From: an uncultured virus (IMG/VR IMGVR_UViG_2808606796_000002)
Taxonomy: Duplodnaviria; Heunggongvirae; Uroviricota; Caudoviricetes
Strand: one strand, 5' to 3'
DNA: 20,000 bases
IMG/VR virus record: IMGVR_UViG_2808606796_000002
The translations under genes were made by a program, and so were the position numbers. Positions 8,720-17,707 of this stretch are shown here, piece after piece. Below the pieces are notes generated by a model. The model did no database searches and was not told the DNA's origin. It was given only the letters and a program-made list of their open reading frames with translations. How positions within the stretch are numbered: the first letter of the stretch is position 1; the number at the start of each line of letters is the position of its first letter.

Positions 8720-10492
8720 ATGACCATCACCACAGACACCTCCCTGACACTTGACCCACGTCGACAGGCGTCACTGCTTTACTGGCAGGGATTTTCCGTG
8801 CCGCAGATTGCTGAAATGCTCGGCCAGAAACGCCCGACGGTGCAGAGCTGGAAACAGCGCGACGGATGGGACGGCATTGCGCCGATCACCCGCGTGGAAA
8901 ACAGTCTTGAAGCGCGCCTGATTCAGCTCATCACCAAGACCAAAAAAGACGGTGGCGACTTCAAGGAAATCGACCTGTTAGGCCGACAGATTGAGCGGCT
9001 GGCGAGGGTGAATCGCTATAGCCAGACCGGCAGTGAAGCGGATTTAAATCCCAACGTGGCGAACCGCAATAAAGGCGAGCGTAAGAAGCCGAAAAAGAAC
9101 TATTTCAGCGATGAAGCTATCGAAAAACTGGAGGAGATTTTCTTTGCCGAATCCTTTGAATATCAGCTCGGCTGGCACCAGGCGGGACTGCAACACCGTA
9201 TCCGCAATATCCTCAAATCCCGCCAGATTGGCGCGACGTTTTATTTCTCGCGTGAGTCGCTGTTACGTGCGCTGAAAACCGGCCATAACCAGATTTTCCT
9301 CTCGGCCAGTAAAACGCAGGCGTATGTGTTCCGTGAGTACATCATCCAGTTTGCGCGCCTGGTCGATGTTGACCTGACCGGCGACCCGATTGTCATTGGC
9401 AATAACGGCGCAAAACTGATTTTCCTTGGCACCAACTCCAACACCGCGCAGAGCCATAACGGCGACCTGCTGGTTGATGAGATTTTCTGGATACCCAACT
9501 TCCAGAAGCTGCGCAAAGTCGCCAGCGGCATGGCCTCGCAACAGCACCTGCGTTCTACCTATTTCTCGACACCGTCCACGCTGGCGCATGGTGCGTACCC
9601 GTTCTGGTCAGGCGAGCTGTTTAACAAAGGTCGGTCGGATAAAAGCGAGTGTGTGGATCTGGATATCAGTCACGCGGCGTTAAAAAACGGCGTGGCCTGC
9701 GCCGACGGTCAGTGGCGGCAGATTGTCACCATTGAGGATGCGCTCGCCGGGGGTTGTGACCTGTTTAATCTCGACACCCTGAAACGCGAAAACAGCGCCG
9801 ATGATTTCCGCAATTTATTTATGTGTGAGTTTGTCGATGACAAAGCCTCGGTGTTTCCGTTCGAGGAGCTGCAACGCTGCATGGTCGACAGCATGGAAGC
9901 CTGGGCGGATGACTGGCAGCCGTTCGCGACGCGCCCGTTTGGTTATCGCCCGGTGTGGATTGGTTACGACCCGTCACACACCGGCGACAGTGCCGGTTGT
10001 GTGGTGCTGGCACCGCCAGTGGTGGCCGGAGGTAAATTCCGCATTCTGGAGCGCCACCAGTGGAAGGGGATGGACTTTGCCACACAGGCTGAATCCATCA
10101 AAAAGCTCACCGAAAAATACCACGTCGAGTACATCGGTATCGATGCGACCGGCATCGGGCAGGGTGTTTACCAGCTCGTCAGAGCGTTCTACCCGGCAGT
10201 GCGGGAAATCCGCTACAGCCCCGAGGTGAAAACCGCGATGGTGCTCAAAGCCAAAGACACCATTGGCCGGGGATGCCTGGAATACGACGTGAGTTACACC
10301 GACATCACCGCCTCGTTTATGGCAATCCGCAAAACCATGACCGGGAGCGGTCGCAGTGCCACCTATGAAGCCAGCCGCAGTGAAGAAGCCAGCCACGCTG
10401 ATGTCGCATGGGCGACCATGCACGCGCTGTTAAATGAGCCATTAACCGCCGGAAGCGGTCAGGCATCCACCTCAATTCTGGAGTTCAACTGA
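8720..10492 (+). CDS. P: Terminase large (ATPase/nuclease) subunit gpP
   Basis: 590 aa, Walker A-like LKSRQIGAT, Walker B LLVDE, nuclease motif IGYDP. Confidence 0.97.
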   Translation: MTITTDTSLTLDPRRQASLLYWQGFSVPQIAEMLGQKRPTVQSWKQRDGWDGIAPITRVENSLEARLIQLITKTKKDGGDFKEIDLLGRQIERLARVNRYSQTGSEADLNPNVANRNKGERKKPKKNYFSDEAIEKLEEIFFAESFEYQLGWHQAGLQHRIRNILKSRQIGATFYFSRESLLRALKTGHNQIFLSASKTQAYVFREYIIQFARLVDVDLTGDPIVIGNNGAKLIFLGTNSNTAQSHNGDLLVDEIFWIPNFQKLRKVASGMASQQHLRSTYFSTPSTLAHGAYPFWSGELFNKGRSDKSECVDLDISHAALKNGVACADGQWRQIVTIEDALAGGCDLFNLDTLKRENSADDFRNLFMCEFVDDKASVFPFEELQRCMVDSMEAWADDWQPFATRPFGYRPVWIGYDPSHTGDSAGCVVLAPPVVAGGKFRILERHQWKGMDFATQAESIKKLTEKYHVEYIGIDATGIGQGVYQLVRAFYPAVREIRYSPEVKTAMVLKAKDTIGRGCLEYDVSYTDITASFMAIRKTMTGSGRSATYEASRSEEASHADVAWATMHALLNEPLTAGSGQASTSILEFN

Positions 10493-11526
10493 TGGCGAAG
10501 AAACGCAAACATCACGCAGCAAAAAACACAATCACAACACCGGCTGCGGCACCGCAAAAAATGGAAGCCTTCACCTTTGGCGAACCGTCGCCGGTGCTCG
10601 ACCGTCGTGACATTCTCGATTACACCGAGTGCGTCGGTAACGGCAAATGGTTTGAGCCGCCGGTGAGTTTTACGGGACTCGCCAAAACACTGCGTGCCGC
10701 CGTTCACCACAGCTCGCCGATTTATGTGAAGCGCAATATTCTTGCCTCAACATTCATTCCGCACCCGCTCTTATCGCAGCAGGATTTCAGCCGTTTTGCG
10801 CTGGATTTTCTGGTGTTCGGTAATGCCTTTTTAGAAAAGCGCATGAGCGTCACCGGCAAGCTGTTAAGGCTGGAAACTTCACCGGCCAAATACACCCGCA
10901 AAGGCACCGCCGAGGACGCGTACTGGTTCGTACAGTCGTTTGTCACCCCGCATGAGTTTGCGCCAGGTTCGGTGTTCCATTTACTGGAGCCAGACATTAA
11001 TCAGGAGCTGTACGGTCTGCCGGAATATCTCAGCGCGCTTAACTCGGCCTGGCTGAATGAATCGGCCACGCTGTTTCGCCGTAAGTATTACCAGAACGGC
11101 GCGCATGCCGGTTACATCATGTATGTGACTGATGCCGCGCAGAGCAGCACCGACGTGGAGGCGCTACGCGAGGCGATGCGCAGTTCAAAGGGATTAGGGA
11201 ATTTTAAGAACCTGTTTTTCTATGCCCCAAACGGCAAACCGGACGGGATTAAAATCGTGCCGCTCAGTGAAGTGGCGACTAAGGACGATTTCTTTAACAT
11301 CAAGAAAGCCAGTGCAGAGGATTTAATGAGCGCGCACCGTGTACCACCGCAAATGATGGGGGTCATCCCCAACAATACCGGCGGGTTTGGTGACGTGGTG
11401 AAAGCCGCACAGGTGTTTGTGCGTAATGAGCTGACGCCTTTACAGGAGCGAATTAAAGAGGTGAATGAGTGGATTGGTGCAGAGGTGATCCGCTTTAAAC
11501 CTTACGAACTGGCACCCGCCGAATAA
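10492..11526 (+). CDS. Q: Portal protein gpQ (PBSX family)
   Basis: 344 aa, EAFTFGEP...YGLPEYL...SAHRVPP. Confidence 0.97.
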   Translation: MAKKRKHHAAKNTITTPAAAPQKMEAFTFGEPSPVLDRRDILDYTECVGNGKWFEPPVSFTGLAKTLRAAVHHSSPIYVKRNILASTFIPHPLLSQQDFSRFALDFLVFGNAFLEKRMSVTGKLLRLETSPAKYTRKGTAEDAYWFVQSFVTPHEFAPGSVFHLLEPDINQELYGLPEYLSALNSAWLNESATLFRRKYYQNGAHAGYIMYVTDAAQSSTDVEALREAMRSSKGLGNFKNLFFYAPNGKPDGIKIVPLSEVATKDDFFNIKKASAEDLMSAHRVPPQMMGVIPNNTGGFGDVVKAAQVFVRNELTPLQERIKEVNEWIGAEVIRFKPYELAPAE

Positions 11527-11536
11527 CTCTGATATC

Positions 11537-11560
11537 AGCCGCTCATGTAGCGGCTTTTTT
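11537..11560 (+). terminator. Intrinsic terminator of the PQ operon
   Basis: AGCCGCT-catgt-AGCGGCT followed by a T run, 10 nt after the Q stop. Confidence 0.85.
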
Positions 11561-11681
11561 GCGCCCGCGATTCACTTCCCCTGATTCAACAACATGCCGC
11601 CCACAGATGATACTTCCCTCTAAACTCAGCGGCATGTCTTAAAACATCAGTACAATACAATAAGGTGATCAATAATATATC

Positions 11682-12422
11682 TTATTTAATAATATTGTGT
11701 TGAATCGCATAGTGTTTGCCTGTCGTTGTAAGCCACACATCCTTCTCAGTATCTTGAGTAATTAAACCTAATGACTTCGCTTCTTCGATATATATATCGA
11801 ACATAATTCTGGACATAGGCGCATGTTTAACCAGTTCACCATAATAGACATAATCTCTGGTTTGGCGCTCAAAAAGCGCGGTAACTATCTTCATGACTAC
11901 TAGAACACCATCCCCCGTGCGGTTGGGAGGGGTTTGAGAAATAGGAGTAAAGGGATTATTTGCAACTAATGGTTTTTCATAAAGAGGAGCATTGTGCAAG
12001 GCTCTTATCAGTTCATCAAAAGAAAATTCATATTGATCTGGGCGCGAGAAATCTAAAAAAAGTTTCGAGCGGAGGAAGTTTGGAACATCCTGACTCCCGC
12101 TTTGACGAATTAATGGGATTACCTTATTTGAGTCGATCGTCTTTAGCATATCAGCTGTAACAATCATTTTTTCGTATCCTACTCCGCCAGCACCTGAGTT
12201 CGCTTTTTCAACGTACTTGTCCGTGCAAACCATGAGTACACGGTCTGCGGTGCTTAATCCTTGCTCCATAAAGTGAGGAAGATCATCTCCTGGCTTCAAA
12301 TCCCATTGGTCAAGAAGGGCATCAACACCGTTGTTACGAAGGCGAGTAGCAAACTCAAGAACCCATTTTTTATGTTCTTGAGAATCATGTGAGTATGAAA
12401 TGAAGGCTTTTGGAATAGACAT
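11682..12422 (-). CDS. TIR/SEFIR-domain protein with a probable C-terminal winged helix; candidate anti-phage protein
   Basis: KAFISYSHDS...LRNNGVDALLDQWDL...RVLMVCT...GVGYE...VIPL. The C-terminus is YGEL...EAKSLGLI...WLTTTGK. ATG at 12422 has an AGGGGA RBS (246 aa). AT-rich. Confidence 0.85.
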   Translation of the reverse strand: MSIPKAFISYSHDSQEHKKWVLEFATRLRNNGVDALLDQWDLKPGDDLPHFMEQGLSTADRVLMVCTDKYVEKANSGAGGVGYEKMIVTADMLKTIDSNKVIPLIRQSGSQDVPNFLRSKLFLDFSRPDQYEFSFDELIRALHNAPLYEKPLVANNPFTPISQTPPNRTGDGVLVVMKIVTALFERQTRDYVYYGELVKHAPMSRIMFDIYIEEAKSLGLITQDTEKDVWLTTTGKHYAIQHNIIK

Positions 12423-12538
12423 TACTTCCCCTGTAAGAAGTTTTAACAACATTTTTAACTAACTGATTCAATAGGACACACCATTATTCAGAGCATCTGC
12501 ATTCAGCTATGTTGGTTTGATAAGTTAATAACTAAGTA

Positions 12539-12568
12539 ATAGTAAAGCTCCGATGTTTATTGGTGCAA
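12539..12568 (-). promoter_or_regulatory. Possible sigma70 promoter for the TIR gene
   Basis: TTGCAC-N18-TACTAT on the minus strand, about 115 nt upstream of the ATG. The match is imperfect and the region is AT-rich. Confidence 0.3.
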
Positions 12569-12712
12569 CTTAAACTCTTGGAAGTTTGCGACATTCAATT
12601 AGCGCTTAAAAGCACGAAGCGGGCATTCAGCACTTCCTTCCAATAAAGGGGAGAACATCAGACGAAGTTTGAAGCAGTACAAATAATAAAATGGAAAGCG
12701 GCTCAGCGCGCA

Positions 12713-12731
12713 ATGCTATCCCCGCCACGCC
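12713..12731 (-). other. cos site (19-nt cohesive end)
   Basis: The minus strand reads GGCGTGGCGGGGATAGCAT, closely matching the recalled P2/186 cohesive ends (GGCG[A/T]GGCGGGGAAAGCA[C/T]); located between A and Q. Confidence 0.9.
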
Positions 12732-12918
12732 TGCCCGCTTCATGGGTCGGTTTTAATGCAGGTGCAACAGATACAACAAAGCCCGCCAGAACTGGCAGGC
12801 TTCGTTATAAACGATCCATTTACGATCATGCGATTCCATGCACTATATGCATGCACGCGTTTTAGCGCGTGAAATGGGGTTTTCTGCAAAAATGGATGTA
12901 AGATTTTCTGCAGAAAAA

Positions 12919-13104
12919 TCACTTCGCTTCGTAGTAAACATCATCACTTTCCTGATTCTCATTTTCACTGTTTGCCAGGTCTGCAATCAGCGAAAGCGCC
13001 AGCTTTAAATCTGATGGTTTGCAATTCGCAATCAGTGATACCTCAGCGATAAATTGCACACATGCCCACTTATGTTGGGCGCGGCTGGTCTCTTCCATCA
13101 GCAT
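12919..13104 (-). CDS. Short Tum-like SOS-inducible antirepressor
   Basis: 61 aa; VQFIAEVSLIANCKPSDLKLALSLIADLA resembles the N-terminus of 186 Tum. It lies downstream of A and is preceded by a LexA box. Confidence 0.7.
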   Translation of the reverse strand: MLMEETSRAQHKWACVQFIAEVSLIANCKPSDLKLALSLIADLANSENENQESDDVYYEAK

Positions 13105-13125
13105 GAGTTCCTCTCGATAAATTCA

Positions 13126-13141
13126 CTGTATGAATATACAG
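13126..13141. promoter_or_regulatory. LexA (SOS) box
   Basis: CTGTATGAATATACAG (CTG-N10-CAG, AT-rich core), 21 nt upstream of the tum-like ATG. It overlaps a candidate -10 (TTCACA-N16-GATACT on the minus strand). Confidence 0.9.
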
Positions 13142-13218
13142 TATCATGTGCGGTTAACATTTGTGAAGGAAATTATCATCCCGTGACTGGAATTATAGTC
13201 ATGAAAACAATAGATAAT

Positions 13219-15573
13219 TTATTCTTGCCTGAAAGTTGCGCAAATTCGCTGCCTCGTTTTATCGTTTCCGAAAAGGCGCTCCCACGCAGCACGGTCAGCC
13301 TTCTTGAGCATCTCCGCATACTGGCCGAATGGGTCATTAACAACCTTGTTTGTATCAACGTTGTGCATTCTTTCCATACCTTTCCAAAGCTTTTTAACTC
13401 TCGATGCCGTGGTGTCTGGTTTCGTAGCGATTAAATCGCCATTAGCTGTGCCTCTATACCAATTGCCATCGATAGACATTTTACTGCCAGCGATAAGATG
13501 CAGAGCTGTACCACGGTTTATGGTTTCACCAGTTTGTTCCTTAGCGTTCTCAATGAGCAAGTTCACCGCCTTATCGTTAGAAATATCGGGGTAGGGTGAT
13601 GAATGCAGCCGTTTTGGCTTCTTCACTGTTATTCGTTCCGCTAATTTTCGTCTGGCCGACCGGCTCAGAGGTTTACTTAGGTCAATCTCTGACGGGGAAG
13701 GGGGCGCTGCGAAAGTCTCCCCCGTACAGTTATTGACAGAACTCCGAGAGGGCGAAGGATCGCCCTGAAGGTCAACGTCCAAATCAAGGGCAAGTTTCGG
13801 GACAATCTTCCACTGAATGAGTCGGGTTAAAATCGGTGTATCACTGCCGACGGTGGTATCAAAAACACCTTTAATACGCGTGCTTTCCTCGCCGTACTCG
13901 TTGAGAGTTTCGGATGATTCATACCAGGTACGCACCTGCAATTCGTCACGGCGCACAAACGGGCCGCCCTGCGCGTTGACGTAATCAGCCCATTGACCAG
14001 CATCAGCAGCATCATGTACAGCGGCAAACTCAACACTGAGCGCGTGAGCGGTTTCGGTATCAGCCATTTTTCGCAGCTCACGATAAACCGTCACAGGAGC
14101 ACCGCCGACAAACTGAAACTGACGGATACGCCAACGAGCCGCCCAGGCAGCAACCGCCGGAGCCATTTCTTTTAGTAGCTCACCGTTTTCGTTATCGCGT
14201 TCATCATCAAGGGCAAAACCATCAATGTTTTTACTGATGTATTTCGCCACATAGCCGGTGGCGCTGCCTTTTTCCGGGGCGATAGCTTCGGCATGAAAGC
14301 GAGCCTTACGGGCTTTATCACTCACCAGCTCGGCAGCATCTTCCTGATGCGCATATTTCAGCATGACGGCGCGCACGCGAGAGACATCCTCGGGACGCAT
14401 GAATATCAGCATGTGCCAGTGTGGTGTGCCGTCGTGATGAGGTTCTGCAACCCGGATACCAAAAATGCGCAATTCAGCGCGGTGAAGTTTGGCGCGAATA
14501 CGCGACCAGACTGAGGTTAAATAGCTTTGCGTATCTGAGGGGCTGGCACCGTTCCACTTGCTGTTGCGGTAGCCTGCTTTGGTTGTGGCATGGTATTTCG
14601 ACGGCGCGGTCAGGGTGTAAAATTCGCCCACATAACCCAGCTCGTTTGAGATCTTTTCAAACCCGCTGATGCGCGTCATTAATTCCCCGCGACGGATGGC
14701 AGGATTAGCCACACTGCCATCGTATTTATCAATCAGACTGATGCGGTTTCCTTCCTCGTCCTCGAGATCCATTCCTTTGAGAAACTCACGGGTACGGCGT
14801 CTTTGTTCACGCCATTCAGCAACGCATGATTTGCTGGCGTAGGGAGTGTGTTTTTTACTGACATTTCCCAGGGCGATTTGCAGATGTTCACGCCATTCAG
14901 AAGCGACACGGCGTAAACGCCCACGCCACCATTTTTCATTGACCATGCGCAACACCGCAGGGCCAATATCATCAAGGGAAACTAATTTAGTGGTGACGCG
15001 TTCCCACAATGGCGGCTGACACCTGAAATGACGGGCAATCTGTGCCGCACGCATATAAATCGCATACAGCACTTTTAACCTGCCGACATCGCCCTCGATA
15101 GTCCCGATCTCACCGTTAATGTAATTCGCAATATCAGCGGCCAGCAGTTCAATGTCGGCTTTGGACATATCCTGCAGGCGGTTATATCGGGCGGTCAGGT
15201 TCACCAGTTTTGAGGCAAGAAAACGGATGTCCGGCGCATCAAAACGACCGCCAAATAATTGCTGTGAAAGGTGGCTGTCGATGCCGGAGATTTGATAAAT
15301 ACCGGCGACCAGCTCAAGCCGTGGCAATGCTCGCCTGACAAACGTCACGAGGTGAGCATTGGCTCGTTGAGCACCGAAGTTACGCTCTAAATAATCGACC
15401 CGACGATTAATATCGTAGCGCACACATTCTGGCTGTTTAGCCAGTGCATCACGCGCACGCAGCAACGCCGCAATTTCTCGATCACGGCGATGCTGTTCTT
15501 TGTAGGTCAGATAGGGGCTGGCAATCGCCTGCCGTGCTGCGTTCCACGGCCAGGCGAAGTTAATGCGGTTCAT
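13219..15573 (-). CDS. A: Rolling-circle replication initiator gpA
   Basis: 784 aa; FYTLTAPSKYH, HUH region EPHHDGTPHWH, and two-Tyr motif YVAKYISKNI. Confidence 0.96.
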   Translation of the reverse strand: MNRINFAWPWNAARQAIASPYLTYKEQHRRDREIAALLRARDALAKQPECVRYDINRRVDYLERNFGAQRANAHLVTFVRRALPRLELVAGIYQISGIDSHLSQQLFGGRFDAPDIRFLASKLVNLTARYNRLQDMSKADIELLAADIANYINGEIGTIEGDVGRLKVLYAIYMRAAQIARHFRCQPPLWERVTTKLVSLDDIGPAVLRMVNEKWWRGRLRRVASEWREHLQIALGNVSKKHTPYASKSCVAEWREQRRRTREFLKGMDLEDEEGNRISLIDKYDGSVANPAIRRGELMTRISGFEKISNELGYVGEFYTLTAPSKYHATTKAGYRNSKWNGASPSDTQSYLTSVWSRIRAKLHRAELRIFGIRVAEPHHDGTPHWHMLIFMRPEDVSRVRAVMLKYAHQEDAAELVSDKARKARFHAEAIAPEKGSATGYVAKYISKNIDGFALDDERDNENGELLKEMAPAVAAWAARWRIRQFQFVGGAPVTVYRELRKMADTETAHALSVEFAAVHDAADAGQWADYVNAQGGPFVRRDELQVRTWYESSETLNEYGEESTRIKGVFDTTVGSDTPILTRLIQWKIVPKLALDLDVDLQGDPSPSRSSVNNCTGETFAAPPSPSEIDLSKPLSRSARRKLAERITVKKPKRLHSSPYPDISNDKAVNLLIENAKEQTGETINRGTALHLIAGSKMSIDGNWYRGTANGDLIATKPDTTASRVKKLWKGMERMHNVDTNKVVNDPFGQYAEMLKKADRAAWERLFGNDKTRQRICATFRQE
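13726..13748 (-). other. Replication origin (gpA nick site) inside gene A
   Basis: The minus strand reads CTCG/GAGTTCTGTCAATAACTGT, matching the recalled P2 ori CTCG/GAGTCCTGTCAATAACTGT. The predicted nick is at 13744/13745. Confidence 0.8.
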
Positions 15574-15797
15574 ATCGCATTCTTGTAGTGCTGGTTTTTC
15601 AGCTCGGCGATTTCCTGACAGGTAATGCAGTGCGTGACACCGGGTACCACAGCGCGACGTGCTTCGGGAATAGCAGCGTCACATTCTTCGCAAAAGAACG
15701 CACTGGCGGCACGCTGAGGCTGAGGGCGAGCGTGTTTAATATTGCGTGCCAGTTCTTCATCTACACGCTGCTGTACTAAATCCATTGAGTCGGCCAT
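15570..15797 (-). CDS. TraR/DksA C4 zinc-finger protein
   Basis: MADSMD...CEEC...IPEARR...CITCQE. Confidence 0.92.
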   Translation of the reverse strand: MADSMDLVQQRVDEELARNIKHARPQPQRAASAFFCEECDAAIPEARRAVVPGVTHCITCQEIAELKNQHYKNAI

Positions 15798-16027
15798 TAG
15801 TGCAGCTCCATTGCTTGATGGCGATATGTCTCGCTTTCCTGAAAAAGTAAATCCAGCACTTCATTTATCTCAAGCTTATTGGCTCTAATGTGGTTCGCTA
15901 AATTCAGAAGTCGAGAGGCCATTACCTCTGCTCTGGCGCGTCGCTCCTCACTTTTTGCTTCTGCGAGTAGCTGTTTAAGCTTGGATACTTCATTATTCCT
16001 TGCATTACTGCTTTCGGTATTACGCAT
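15797..16027 (-). CDS. Conserved P2/186 early protein (DUF2732-like)
   Basis: 76 aa, LLAEAKSEERRARA...RLLNLANHI...LLFQESE; AGGAG RBS. Confidence 0.75.
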   Translation of the reverse strand: MRNTESSNARNNEVSKLKQLLAEAKSEERRARAEVMASRLLNLANHIRANKLEINEVLDLLFQESETYRHQAMELH

Positions 16028-16097
16028 ATATCGCTCTCCTAAATTGGGGCAAAAGAATGCCTGGCGGGTTTACGCCTGATTTTCTGGAATGGATTAA

Positions 16098-16481
16098 TTA
16101 CTCAGCTAAATAGCAATCGTGTTTTGAAAATCTTGTCGGGAGTAAACTTCCCCAACGGGTAATTTCATTCATTGAACGGATAATCAGTAAACGTCGCTCC
16201 TGGTCGAAAAATTCAAAGGGCTTACCGATTTCATCAGGTTTAAATGATGATGGTTCCAGACGGTTAGCCAGTGTCAGGACAACGAATTTAAAGTTATTGT
16301 CGAGCTTATTAAAATTGCGCAGCGCAGTGTTGTTGGTCGCTTTTAATTGCTGGCGGAAACGCGCGAGACATTCGTCACCGGTCATTTTTAACGGGGCATC
16401 AATCCGAGCATGTATCAGATACACATTGTTAAACGCCGTTTGTGGTGCCTTTATGGATTCAGCCAGAGCAGCACTTTTCAT
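16098..16481 (-). CDS. Early protein, weakly similar to DUF5347 / P2 gpB C-terminus
   Basis: 127 aa, coupled to the upstream gene; the family call rests only on weak recalled similarity and position. Confidence 0.5.
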   Translation of the reverse strand: MKSAALAESIKAPQTAFNNVYLIHARIDAPLKMTGDECLARFRQQLKATNNTALRNFNKLDNNFKFVVLTLANRLEPSSFKPDEIGKPFEFFDQERRLLIIRSMNEITRWGSLLPTRFSKHDCYLAE

Positions 16482-16675
16482 TTAGTCCTCCAGCGCTTAA
16501 TCAGCCTGGTAACGAGTGATGGCTTGCGAGTACGCAGCCCATTTAACAATGCAGACTGGTCGCGGCTCGGGTGCCAGCGATGTTTGTTCTCACCCATAAT
16601 CCAGCCGTGTCCATAACTCATGGAAGGGCTTTGGCGTTTCAGTAATGAAGCGAATGACGGTTGCATATGCATCAC
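16478..16675 (-). CDS. fil: Fil-like protein (DUF2724)
   Basis: PSFASLLKRQSPSMSYGHGWIMG...RWHP; directly follows cII, as in 186. Confidence 0.8.
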   Translation of the reverse strand: MMHMQPSFASLLKRQSPSMSYGHGWIMGENKHRWHPSRDQSALLNGLRTRKPSLVTRLIKRWRTK

Positions 16676-16676
16676 C

Positions 16677-17186
16677 TCAAATCAGACCGAATGAAGCGCT
16701 TAAACCACTGACAGTATCAACCACGCTATTCATGGCAGGATTGGTCTGTAAGCGTGCGTGCATCGTCATTGCAGCAAGAGACAAATAGCGAATACCCGAA
16801 TTGACACTCTCAACCATCGAATGCTTGCGGCACGCTGTAAGCTTTTCATCAGATACTGCACCTGCCGCAATCAGGCCTACTTCGGCAGTTGCTTTAAGAG
16901 CGTATAACTGGAGTTTGTCATCGGCTAATTCGTTAACCGGCACGCATGGCAGGCAATGCAATTGAGCCAGAAATCCATCAACTAACGATGGATCTTCAGT
17001 GACGTCAGTGATAGCCATCAGCTCAGGAATATTCAACTGATGCGGCTGCTCTGGATTTAACTTGTTGCGTAGCACCTGAGGGCGCATACCGAGTTTTTCC
17101 GCTAGTTCAGCCAGGTTGTGCTTTGTAGCGAAATTGCGACAGGCATCTTCATAGTGGGGCTGTTTAGAAACTTGATAATCAAACAT
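16677..17186 (-). CDS. cII: 186-type CII activator of lysogeny establishment
   Basis: 169 aa, MFDYQVSKQPH...LRNKLNPEQPHQL...LPCVPVNE. Confidence 0.93.
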   Translation of the reverse strand: MFDYQVSKQPHYEDACRNFATKHNLAELAEKLGMRPQVLRNKLNPEQPHQLNIPELMAITDVTEDPSLVDGFLAQLHCLPCVPVNELADDKLQLYALKATAEVGLIAAGAVSDEKLTACRKHSMVESVNSGIRYLSLAAMTMHARLQTNPAMNSVVDTVSGLSASFGLI

Positions 17187-17213
17187 GGTTGCTCATCCTT
17201 AAACTTGCATAAT
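17160..17213 (+). promoter_or_regulatory. pE-like CII-activated promoter
   Basis: The inverted repeat CTGTTTA-N13-CAAACAT covers the cII start (the 186 CII half-site is ATGTTTG). A -10 CATAAT at 17208-17213 places the half-sites near -57 and -37. Confidence 0.65.
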
Positions 17214-17218
17214 CAAGT

Positions 17219-17620
17219 TTATCGTTTGATGTAGCGACAATTGACTGCATGCTGGCGATTCTTTTCACGCCATGCGGCAACGTTAATCAATGCGTTACCA
17301 TGTTTTTCCATCACATCTTTACGTGATTTACCGGTCTCTTTGCAGGTGATTGTGCGAGTGACCTTTGTGGTGGGAGTTGGGGCAAGAAGTACAACGCCAT
17401 TTGCAATCCACTTTTCAAGCAGAGAACTACTGATGCCATTGGCAGCGCAAAAGTTTTCTTTGGACATGGTAGGGGAATTAGCTAGTGCTGCGGCTTTTTC
17501 CAGAGCCTGATCAAGAGCAGTATTGATGGCAGGAACTAACTGGGCTGCGATGCTTGCAATGAAGTCAGGGGAGGCCAGCATCTGAGATGTGAGCTGAGAG
17601 TTTGCATTTTCAGTATGCAT
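17219..17620 (-). CDS. Apl/Cox-like excisionase-repressor
   Basis: First gene of the lytic early operon, divergent from cI; winged-HTH-like MSKENFCAANGISSSLLEKWIANG...LINVAAW; GGAG RBS. Confidence 0.75.
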   Translation of the reverse strand: MHTENANSQLTSQMLASPDFIASIAAQLVPAINTALDQALEKAAALANSPTMSKENFCAANGISSSLLEKWIANGVVLLAPTPTTKVTRTITCKETGKSRKDVMEKHGNALINVAAWREKNRQHAVNCRYIKR

Positions 17621-17678
17621 AACGCAGTATCTCCGTATTAATGGTTGTGTTCTATGGTGTTACATGTGGTGTGTATTC

Positions 17679-17707
17679 ACTTTAGATCCCTTTTTTGTTT
17701 GTGTAAA
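17679..17707 (-). promoter_or_regulatory. pR-like lytic early promoter
   Basis: TTTACA-N17-TAAAGT on the minus strand, upstream of apl. Confidence 0.6.

Noticed and set aside
102..11000. Numerous antisense and overlapping ORFs over the structural genes (e.g. 3172-3804, 4670-5194, 7810-8331, 9974-10423)
   Set aside because: These are shadow ORFs of GC-rich coding sequence with no recognisable motifs. Only lysC is a credible overlap.
11682..12422. Thoeris or CBASS assignment for the TIR gene
   Set aside because: No ThsA-like effector, nucleotide cyclase or STING/SAVED domain is nearby.
12740..12922. 60-aa ORF next to cos
   Set aside because: It overlies the cos-adjacent dyads and shows no protein-like features.
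16040..16080. Possible early-operon terminator (GGCG-TAAACC-CGCC ... TTCTTTT on the minus strand)
   Set aside because: The stem is only 4 bp and is separated from the U-rich run; too weak to call.
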